A program made the position numbers and the translations under genes. A stretch of 32,000 bases of DNA from contig CAYSNH010000004.1 of the NCBI GenBank assembly GCA_964432405.1, positions 1 through 32,000 on the forward strand, given 5' to 3'. Under the pieces are notes generated by a model. The model was not told where the DNA came from and did no database searches. It was given only the letters and a program-made list of their open reading frames with translations. Shown piece by piece: positions 25,065 to 31,350 of this stretch. Position 1 is the first letter of the stretch. Each line of letters opens with the position of its first letter. This stretch comes from an uncultured Candidatus Saccharibacteria bacterium (GTDB lineage: Bacteria; Patescibacteriota; Minisyncoccia; UBA6257; UBA11618).

Positions 25065-27373
25065 TGAGATACAATCATCAACAAGTAGAAAAGAAGTGGC
25101 AAAAGGTTTGGGAGAAGGAAAAGGTTTGGCAAGCCAATGACAAATCTAAAAAGAAAAAATATTATTCATTAATTGAATTTCCCTATCCTTCTGGACTTGG
25201 TTTGCACGTGGGTCATATAAGGAGTAATACGGCCATGGATATAATTTCTCGTAAGAGGAGAATGGAAGGTTATAACGTTCTTTATCCTATCGGCTGGGAT
25301 GCTTTTGGTCTACCAACCGAAAACTACGCTATCAAAACTGGCATCTCACCCCAAAAAGCCACCAAAGAAAATACCGATAATTTTCGTAAGCAATTAAAAT
25401 CCTTAGGTTTTTCTTTCGATTGGGATCGGGAAATCAATACAACCGACCCCAAGTATTATAGATGGACTCAGTGGCTCTTCCTGCAATTCTTCAAACACGG
25501 CCTAGCATACAAAGATTCGGTAGCTGTTAACTGGTGCCCTTCTTGCCTAACTGGTTTAGCTAATGAGGAGGTGGTGGGTGGTAACTGTGATCGTTGTGGT
25601 TCAGAGGTAGAGAGAAAACTTAAGAGTCAGTGGATGCTTCGTATTACCGCTTATGCCGACAAGCTTTTAGATGGTTTGGCGAGCGTTGACTTTTTAGATG
25701 AGATAAAAACTCAACAGAAGAATTGGATCGGTCGTTCTGATGGGCGATTAATTAAATTCCCTATCACCGGTTCCAAATTAGAGATCGATATCTTTACCAC
25801 TCGTCCCGACACAATCGATGGCGCCACTTATATGGTCCTAGCTCCCGAGCATCCTTTTATTAGTGAGCTCAAGATTAAGAATGAGAAAGAGGTGGAGCGA
25901 TATATAAAGAAAGTTCAGAAGAAGAGTGATCGAGAGCGTCAGGAGAATAAAATCAAGACAGGTATTGAGTTGAAAGGAGTAAAGGTTGTTAATCCTTATA
26001 ACAACAAGAAGATTCCAGTCTGGGTTTCCGATTATGTATTAATCGGCTATGGCACTGGAGCTATCATGGCCGTCCCTTTTCATGATGAGCGAGATAGAGA
26101 ATTTGCTGAGAAGTTTAAGTTACCTATCGAAGATCGTCCTTTAGTTACTAAAAAAAGAGAGTGGCCGGGCAAGTCTCAAATCAATTACAAACTTAAAGAT
26201 TGGGTCTTCTCACGCCAACGTTACTGGGGCGAGCCTATTCCTATTGTTAATTGTAAGAGTTGTGGCTTTGTGCCTGTTCCAGAAAAAGACCTTCCTATCA
26301 AATTGCCTAAGGTTGATAGTTATCGACCACGACCTGATGGTCAATCACCGCTAGCCTCTGTTGCTAGCTGGGTAGATGTGAAGTGTCCTAATTGTAAAGG
26401 AAAGGCTCGGCGAGAAACTGATACCATGCCTAACTGGGCGGGTTCTAGTTGGTATTTCTTGCGTTACACCGACTCTCAAAATAATAAAGAATTTGCTGAT
26501 AAGAAAAAGTTGAAATACTTTATGCCAGTTGATTGGTATAACGGTGGTATGGAGCACGTCACCTTACACCTCCTCTATTCTCGTTTCTGGAACATCTTTC
26601 TTCACGACGTCGGTCTAGTTCCTTGTTCTGAGCCGTACAAGAAGAGAACCGCTCACGGTATGATTTTAGGAGAGGGTGGTGAAAAGATGGCTAAGTCTAA
26701 AGGCAACGTTATTAACCCAGATGGAGTGGTTAAAAAGTTTGGAGCAGATTCGCTTCGTCTTTATGAGATGTTCATGGGTCCTTTTGATGAAGCTATTCCA
26801 TGGGACGACCAAGGAGTGATTGGTACCAGTCGCTTTATTAATCGTGTTTATAATATTGGCATGAAAGTGGCTCAGCATAAATCAAAAGCCTCTATCGACA
26901 AGGAGTTGGAAAAGCTACTTCATCAAACTATAAAGAAGGTTAGTCAGGACATTGAACTAATGCGCTTCAATACCGCTATCTCCACCATGATGATTTTTAT
27001 TAATGAGGTAGAGAAGCACAGCTCTCGAACTGTGATCGGTCAGAAATTCTTCTCAGATTTTCTTAAATTACTCTTTCCTTTTGCTCCACATCTGTCACAG
27101 GAGCTCTGGAAGGCCGTTGGCAACGACGATTTATTAGATTTTAAGGCTTGGCCTAAGTGGAAGGAAGGTCTAACTGTTGAGGAGCGATTTGAGCTGATTA
27201 TACAGATTGATGGTAAGTTGCGAGGTACAGTGGTTGTTAAGAAGGGATTAAGCAAAAAGGAGGCGATAAAGTTGGCTAATGATCACAAGGTGGTTAAGGG
27301 CTATTTAGAAGGGCAGAAAATCAAGAAGGTGATTTTTGTACCTGATAGGTTAATTAACTTCATTATTGGTTGA
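25064..27373 (+). CDS. leuS: Leucine--tRNA ligase
   Basis: PYPSGLGLHVGHIRS (HIGH), CPSC...CDRCG zinc site, TTRPDTIDGATYMVLAPEHP editing domain and KMAKSKGN (KMSKS). The start overlaps the tatD stop (TAATG). Confidence 0.95.
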   Translation: MRYNHQQVEKKWQKVWEKEKVWQANDKSKKKKYYSLIEFPYPSGLGLHVGHIRSNTAMDIISRKRRMEGYNVLYPIGWDAFGLPTENYAIKTGISPQKATKENTDNFRKQLKSLGFSFDWDREINTTDPKYYRWTQWLFLQFFKHGLAYKDSVAVNWCPSCLTGLANEEVVGGNCDRCGSEVERKLKSQWMLRITAYADKLLDGLASVDFLDEIKTQQKNWIGRSDGRLIKFPITGSKLEIDIFTTRPDTIDGATYMVLAPEHPFISELKIKNEKEVERYIKKVQKKSDRERQENKIKTGIELKGVKVVNPYNNKKIPVWVSDYVLIGYGTGAIMAVPFHDERDREFAEKFKLPIEDRPLVTKKREWPGKSQINYKLKDWVFSRQRYWGEPIPIVNCKSCGFVPVPEKDLPIKLPKVDSYRPRPDGQSPLASVASWVDVKCPNCKGKARRETDTMPNWAGSSWYFLRYTDSQNNKEFADKKKLKYFMPVDWYNGGMEHVTLHLLYSRFWNIFLHDVGLVPCSEPYKKRTAHGMILGEGGEKMAKSKGNVINPDGVVKKFGADSLRLYEMFMGPFDEAIPWDDQGVIGTSRFINRVYNIGMKVAQHKSKASIDKELEKLLHQTIKKVSQDIELMRFNTAISTMMIFINEVEKHSSRTVIGQKFFSDFLKLLFPFAPHLSQELWKAVGNDDLLDFKAWPKWKEGLTVEERFELIIQIDGKLRGTVVVKKGLSKKEAIKLANDHKVVKGYLEGQKIKKVIFVPDRLINFIIG

Positions 27374-27387
27374 CAAAAGGGTTAATA

Positions 27388-28443
27388 ATGGTTAAAATAT
27401 GGCCGATGAAAAATATAAAGGTTTTCGCGGCCATTTTAATTTTAAGCAATATGTTTATGGGCTTAACAGCTCATGCTTATCATGAATATTATTACCGACC
27501 CGAATGGAATCCGGTAACTTATAATTCTGCTCCAAGATGGAATGCTGAGACCGTTAAATATGCTCACGTTGGTCAAAATATGACATTTACCGTTTCTGCT
27601 AATGATGTTGACGGTGATCGTCTATCTTATTACGGTATGTTCTTACCAATAGGAGCTCGTTTTGACAGTCATAGTAGAACTTTTACTTGGACCCCTAGAA
27701 AGACTGGAACTTATGATCTACAATTCCGAGTTTATGATGGTGGTTATAGTCACTCTGATCTTTATGTTACCGTTGTTGTTGGTAATAGATTGCCAGAGTT
27801 TAACAATATAACTCCAGTTGATTATGACTATCCTACACATAATCCAACCAATCCTTCTAGTACTTATTTAAACTTTGTTAACTTTAATCCAGTTAGTACC
27901 GCTACTGAGAACCAGCTTTACACTTACACGGTTCAGACGAATAGTAGCCATAAGGTAATATACTCTTTACCAAGAGCTCCTCAGGGAATGACCATTAACC
28001 CAGACCTAGGTATTATTATCTGGCTACCAAATCAGAATCAGGCTCAGCTAGCTCCTTATTTGGTAACGGTTAAAGCTACCAATGGTTATCAGGACATTCA
28101 GCTCAACTACAATCTAACTGTTGGTGAGGGTGGTACGATCACTCCTCAGCCAAAACCAGATCCTACCCCTCAGCCTACCCCTGGTCCTGTAGTACCAGAT
28201 GAGCCAGCTGATGATAAGGATGATCAAGACGAAGTTGAAACTGATGAAGATAAGACAGGTTTTCTAGCTAGCATATTTATTGCTGGTATAGACTTCCTCT
28301 TTAGTCCTTGGTTCTTGCTCTTCTTAATCTTTTTACTTCTAATACTTTTATTTCTTTGCAAAAGAAAAGGTAAAGGAGAAAAGCAATTAATTGCTTTCAT
28401 GGAAGAGAGAGATAAAATGGAAGATAAAGAGTTAGAGGAATAA
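27388..28443 (+). CDS. Surface protein: signal peptide, two cadherin/Ig-like domains, Pro/Thr-rich acidic stalk, C-terminal TM anchor
   Basis: Signal-like MKNIKVFAAILILSNMFMGLTAHA. FTVSANDVDGDRLSYY...FTWTPRKTGTYDLQFRVYDG and YTYTVQT...MTINPDLGIIIWLP...YLVTVKATNG resemble dystroglycan-type cadherin-like/putative Ig domains. Stalk TPQPKPDPTPQPTPGPVVPDEPADDKDDQDE, then TM FLLFLIFLLLILLFL. The start is uncertain (TTG 27370, ATG 27388 or ATG 27406). Confidence 0.6.
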   Translation: MVKIWPMKNIKVFAAILILSNMFMGLTAHAYHEYYYRPEWNPVTYNSAPRWNAETVKYAHVGQNMTFTVSANDVDGDRLSYYGMFLPIGARFDSHSRTFTWTPRKTGTYDLQFRVYDGGYSHSDLYVTVVVGNRLPEFNNITPVDYDYPTHNPTNPSSTYLNFVNFNPVSTATENQLYTYTVQTNSSHKVIYSLPRAPQGMTINPDLGIIIWLPNQNQAQLAPYLVTVKATNGYQDIQLNYNLTVGEGGTITPQPKPDPTPQPTPGPVVPDEPADDKDDQDEVETDEDKTGFLASIFIAGIDFLFSPWFLLFLIFLLLILLFLCKRKGKGEKQLIAFMEERDKMEDKELEE

Positions 28444-28444
28444 T

Positions 28445-28475
28445 AAAAGAAGCGGCTCAGCCGCTTCTTTTATTA
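28445..28475. terminator. Bidirectional terminator shared by convergent genes
   Basis: AAAAGAAGCGGC / GCCGCTTCTTTT palindrome around a TCA loop, flanked by an A-run and a T-run. Confidence 0.8.
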
Positions 28476-28492
28476 TCTTTTATAAACTAAAA

Positions 28493-28804
28493 TTAAAAGT
28501 CTCCAAAGTCTCCAAAGTCTCCAAAGTCTCCAGAATCTCCAAAGCCTCCAGAACCTCCTTCTCTACTGAAGCCCTCATTATTACATTTGTGAGCTCTAAA
28601 ATGTAAATGAGCGCCATGAGCTGGTCCACAATGAAAGAGTCCGCCACCAGACGACCCTCCACATCCTTGGGAGTTTCCATCTGGAAGAGGAGTACCCCCA
28701 GCCTCTACATGAGTTGATCTAGAAGGTGCTCCAAGCCAAATTAATAATACGGCGATTGCTATAACAACTAACCAAACAAGACTTTTGTTTTTCTTTTTTG
28801 TCAT
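28493..28804 (-). CDS. Small secreted or membrane-anchored Gly/His/Cys-rich protein with C-terminal (GDF)n repeat (103 aa)
   Basis: MTKKKNKSLVWLVVIAIAVLLIWLG signal/anchor, then GCGGSSGGGLFHCGPAHGAHLHFRAHKC, ending GGSGGFGDSGDFGDFGDFGDF-stop. TATAAT (28813-28818, minus) lies 8 nt from the ATG. It is 47 nt downstream of htrA on the same strand, with no terminator between them. Confidence 0.6.
   Translation of the reverse strand: MTKKKNKSLVWLVVIAIAVLLIWLGAPSRSTHVEAGGTPLPDGNSQGCGGSSGGGLFHCGPAHGAHLHFRAHKCNNEGFSREGGSGGFGDSGDFGDFGDFGDF
28496..28558 (-). repeat. 9-bp tandem repeat x7 (4 perfect and 3 degenerate copies) encoding the G-D/G-F/S triplets
   Basis: Plus strand: AAAGTCTCC x4 (28496-28531), then AGAATCTCC, AAAGCCTCC, AGAACCTCC. 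Confidence 0.9.
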
Positions 28805-28851
28805 ATCTATTAATTATAATAAATTAAATTATCAATTAGGTGTGTATAACT

Positions 28852-29901
28852 TTATTTTCTTTCTGCTAACATAGCTTTCTTCTCAAACTCTCTGCTACCA
28901 CGTCTTACCTTTAAGAGAACGTAGTCACCAACACCTTTTTCTTCTAAGAAGTCTTGAATAGTTCTTTCTTTAGTTACCTTCTCACCATTAAACTCTAATA
29001 CAATATCTTTTTCCTTGAGACCGGCTTTGGCAGCTGGACTGCTAGGAATAATAGCTGGTTGCTTAGAGCTATGCCCTAATACCAAGGCACCATAATCAAC
29101 TGGTAATTTCATCTTAGCTTGAAGATTTTCATCAACCATTACATAACGAAGACCTAATAATGGTCGTTTTATTCTTCCAAATTTATTGAGATCACTTAGG
29201 TCTCTTTTTGCGGCGTTGATAGGAATGGCAAAACTAAGGTTTTGTGCTCCAAAGACTATAGCAGTATTAATACCAATAACTTGCCCCTTTGCGTTAATAA
29301 GTGGTCCACCTGAGTTACCAGGATTAACAGCTGCATCGGTTTGGATTAAACCTCTCAATTCTTGCATAGGAGTATTAGGGGCTACCGCAGCTGCGATCGA
29401 ACGAGAGAGTCCAGAAACAATACCTGAGGAAACAGTATTTTTAAATAAGCCTAATGCTGTACCAATAGCTAATACTGGTTGACCAAGGGCTATGGCGTCC
29501 GAGTCTCCCAAGCCAATTACAGGCAAACTGCGACCGGTAATTTTTAAAATCGCTACATCCTCAATTGGATCACGAGCTAAAATAGTGGCTTTATATTTCT
29601 TGTTGTCGTTAGTAACGACGGTATAGTCTGATTTAGCATCCGCCACCACATGCTTGTTAGTTAAAATAATACCCTTAGAACTGACAATGAACCCAGAGCC
29701 GCTACCAACCTTAATCATACCGTGGGCATCAGTCATTTGTTCGAGTTGTTTTTTAGGGTTTAAAAAGGGAAAGAGGGGAAGCAGTTCACGAGGAATTTCT
29801 TTTTCCACGTTCTCCAAACTTTTGGAAATAACAATGCTAACCATGGAGGGCATATTTTTTTGAATAACCTTTTCCCAACTTACCTGTGCCATCTCTAACA
29901 T
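28852..29901 (-). CDS. htrA: HtrA/DegP-family serine protease (S1C) with one PDZ domain
   Basis: GSGFIVS..GIILTNKHVV (His), DVAILKI (Asp), TDAAVNPGNSGGPLIN (Ser), and a C-terminal PDZ-like PAAKAGLKEKDIVLEFNGEKV. No obvious signal peptide. Confidence 0.85.
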   Translation of the reverse strand: MLEMAQVSWEKVIQKNMPSMVSIVISKSLENVEKEIPRELLPLFPFLNPKKQLEQMTDAHGMIKVGSGSGFIVSSKGIILTNKHVVADAKSDYTVVTNDNKKYKATILARDPIEDVAILKITGRSLPVIGLGDSDAIALGQPVLAIGTALGLFKNTVSSGIVSGLSRSIAAAVAPNTPMQELRGLIQTDAAVNPGNSGGPLINAKGQVIGINTAIVFGAQNLSFAIPINAAKRDLSDLNKFGRIKRPLLGLRYVMVDENLQAKMKLPVDYGALVLGHSSKQPAIIPSSPAAKAGLKEKDIVLEFNGEKVTKERTIQDFLEEKGVGDYVLLKVRRGSREFEKKAMLAERK

Positions 29902-29936
29902 CTTACCAAATATTTATAATAAATTTTATCAACAGG

Positions 29937-30009
29937 TTGACTTTATTTAAAAAGCTGATATTATCATTTAATATCGTTCTTTGCACAATTGTAGAAAAGG
30001 AGTTTCAAG
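29937..30009 (+). promoter_or_regulatory. Promoter, UTR and SD of the 101-aa ORF
   Basis: TTGACT (29937-29942), 16 nt, TATTAT (29959-29964), about 35 nt UTR, AAAGGAG ending at 30002, 7 nt before TTG 30010. Confidence 0.55.
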
Positions 30010-30315
30010 TTGGAAACTGGAGTTAAGGAAGGGCTTGATCGTTGCTATGTGATTCTCAGACGTCCCGAGCGTCAGGATACGGCTATCGTATTGTGTCCGG
30101 GGATGGAAATGCACATTTTCGATCAAGACGAGGAGTCTTTTGACAGATTGTTTAACCAGATTGAGGAGGCTACCGGATGCAAGTTTGTTCCAAGAGGTGA
30201 TTTAACCTCAGTCGTTTTATATGCAAGAGAAAAGCTGGAAGACGACTTGCAAGAAAAAGTGGAATTGCTTGAAGACGCTACTTATGCGTCGGCTGAGACC
30301 GTTGTACTTGGTTAG
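30010..30315 (+). CDS. Orphan small acidic protein (101 aa), no recognisable family
   Basis: TTG start with a well-spaced SD. One 60-nt line counted at 53% G+C. About 23 D/E vs 11 K/R. Terminator downstream. Confidence 0.55.
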   Translation: METGVKEGLDRCYVILRRPERQDTAIVLCPGMEMHIFDQDEESFDRLFNQIEEATGCKFVPRGDLTSVVLYAREKLEDDLQEKVELLEDATYASAETVVLG

Positions 30316-30334
30316 GGTCTGACAAGCAACACCC

Positions 30335-30367
30335 CCCGCTTAAGCTGTATAGCTGAGCGGGTTTTTT
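30335..30367 (+). terminator. Rho-independent terminator
   Basis: CCCGCT (30335-30340) ... AGCGGG (30356-30361), with inner AGCT/AGCT pairing, then TTTTTT. Confidence 0.75.
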
Positions 30368-30377
30368 ATTACACCCC

Positions 30378-30444
30378 TTTACAAAAATAAACTTTTGTTG
30401 TATAATGGCAGATAGTTACTTCACATTTCGAAAAGGAGTTAGAA
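30378..30444 (+). promoter_or_regulatory. Promoter, UTR and SD of the 130-aa ORF
   Basis: TTTACA (30378-30383), 17 nt, TATAAT (30401-30406) with extended -10 TGt. About 30 nt UTR, with AAAGGAG 7 nt before ATG 30445. Confidence 0.65.
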
Positions 30445-30837
30445 ATGACTACGTTTTCTGTTACCTTTCCTTCCGCAGTGATGGTTCCTGGTTATGGCGT
30501 TATTGATGACGTCGAGCCGGTACGAGGCGCTCATGATGCGTGCATCAAGCCAGTGTTGCGGCAAGGAGAAAAGAATCGTGTCCTCAGCTTAGACGAGCTG
30601 AAGATGAGAGCTATCGAAGAAAGAGGTGACTTGGGGATCAGAGATCTCAATTTCATCATGCAGACCAGCGTCCTACCTGAGGATGGTCTGGTGTACATCT
30701 TTCCGGGAACTATCTTGGAAAGAGATGGTGAGGTCTTCGTGCCTTATACTTACTTCGACAGCGTAGGTCTGACAAGAGGTTTTCGCAATCTCAAGGAAGG
30801 CTTCACTCAGCACGACAGGTTTTTCTGTCTTTGTTAA
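30445..30837 (+). CDS. Orphan small protein (130 aa), no recognisable family
   Basis: ATG with SD, own promoter and terminator. One 60-nt line counted at 55% G+C. Ends in ...RFFCLC. Confidence 0.6.
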   Translation: MTTFSVTFPSAVMVPGYGVIDDVEPVRGAHDACIKPVLRQGEKNRVLSLDELKMRAIEERGDLGIRDLNFIMQTSVLPEDGLVYIFPGTILERDGEVFVPYTYFDSVGLTRGFRNLKEGFTQHDRFFCLC

Positions 30838-30860
30838 AGAGATGGAGAGCTGAAAACACA

Positions 30861-30893
30861 AAACCCTATCGGTTTTTCCGATAGGGTTTTTTT
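30861..30893. terminator. Rho-independent terminator (12-bp stem), possibly bidirectional
   Basis: AAACCCTATCGG (30861-30872), loop TTTTT, CCGATAGGGTTT (30878-30889), then a T-run. It ends 7 nt from the 3' end of the convergent tRNA-Ala. Confidence 0.85.
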
Positions 30894-30899
30894 ATTGTG

Positions 30900-30972
30900 T
30901 GGACCGTAGGAGAATCGAACTCCTGACCTCCTCATTGCAAATGAGGCGCTCTACCGACTGAGCTAACGGCCC
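30900..30972 (-). tRNA. tRNA-Ala (TGC)
   Basis: Reverse complement GGGCCGTTAGCTCAGTCGGTAGAGCGCCTCATTTGCAATGAGG...TTCGATTCTCCTACGGTCCA. G3:U70 identity pair; anticodon loop TT-TGC-AA. Confidence 0.9.
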
Positions 30973-30975
30973 ATG

Positions 30976-31057
30976 CGGAGGGTATAGGAATCGAACCTAT
31001 GAGGGATTGCTCCCGCCGCTTTTCGAAAGCGGTGCATTACCATTCTGCCAACCCTCC
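30976..31057 (-). tRNA. tRNA-Ser (CGA), type II
   Basis: Reverse complement GGAGGGTTGGCAGAATGGTAATGCACCGCT-TTCGAAA-AGCGG, variable arm CGGGAGCAATCCCTCA, T-loop GGTTCGATTCC, discriminator G. Confidence 0.9.
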
Positions 31058-31059
31058 TG

Positions 31060-31131
31060 TGTCCCTACCAGGAATCGAACCTAGATCTAGAGTTTAGGAA
31101 ACTCTCGTTTTATCCATTAAACTACAGGGAC
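31060..31131 (-). tRNA. tRNA-Arg (CCT)
   Basis: Reverse complement GTCCCTGTAGTTTAATGGATAAAACG-AGAGT-TTCCTAA-ACTCT...CTAGGTTCGATTCCTGGTAGGGACA. Confidence 0.9.
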
Positions 31132-31149
31132 AAGTTTTCAATCAACCCT

Positions 31150-31178
31150 ATTATACCGAATTGTCAATTATTTAACAA
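31150..31178 (-). promoter_or_regulatory. Candidate promoter of the Arg-Ser-Ala tRNA operon
   Basis: Minus strand: TTGTTA (31173-31178), 17 nt, TATAAT (31150-31155), 18 nt upstream of the tRNA-Arg 5' end. Confidence 0.45.
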
Positions 31179-31222
31179 TAGCTGTACAAAGGATATCTAA
31201 TATTATATATTTTTTTAGTATT

Positions 31223-31295
31223 GGGCCATTAGCTCAGCTGGCAGAGCGCTTCTATGGCATAGAAGAGGTCATCGGTTCAAATCCGATATGGTCCA
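31223..31295 (+). tRNA. tRNA-Ala (GGC)
   Basis: GGGCCATTAGCTCAGCTGGCAGAGCG-CTTCT-ATGGCAT-AGAAG...GGTTCAAATCCGATATGGTCCA. G3:U70 pair; anticodon GGC. Confidence 0.9.
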
Positions 31296-31302
31296 CAGTC
31301 AA

Positions 31303-31338
31303 ATAGTACATACTATAGTACATACCTTAGTATATACT
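31303..31338. repeat. 12-bp tandem repeat x3 between convergent tRNA genes
   Basis: ATAGTACATACT / ATAGTACATACC / TTAGTATATACT. Confidence 0.7.
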
Positions 31339-31350
31339 ATTTTTAATTGG

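Noticed and set aside
28496-28558. Possible CRISPR or other spacer-repeat array
   Set aside because: The units are 9 bp, contiguous and without spacers, and they sit in-frame within a CDS. No CRISPR-like repeats occur elsewhere in the window.
28480-28680. 66-aa ORF ending ...LETLETLETLETFNFSL
   Set aside because: It is an alternative frame of the same 9-bp repeat. It lacks a signal, SD or promoter and runs into the terminator. The GDF frame has a start with a -10 box and a plausible signal peptide.
30316-30776. Exact 11-mer GGTCTGACAAG occurring twice (30316-30326 and 30766-30776) within the tandem orphan pair
   Set aside because: On the order of a hundred chance 11-mer repeats are expected in a 32-kb sequence. 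The flanks do not extend the match, and one copy is coding while the other is in a 3' UTR.
8583-30837. Possible homology between the 132-aa and 130-aa orphan proteins (both have a hydrophobic strand, an Asp-rich aromatic segment and an F-x-F-C motif near the C-terminal part)
   Set aside because: The resemblance is too weak to support by eye, and no alignable block longer than 3-4 residues exists. It needs profile or structure comparison before any claim.
31161-31166. Third copy of the TTGTCAA/TTGACAA element (also at 695-701 and 22827-22833) as a shared bidirectional -35 box
   Set aside because: At this site neither strand has a -10-like hexamer at 16-18 nt. The tRNA operon is better explained by TTGTTA-17-TATAAT. 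At 22827, only the minus-strand use fits.
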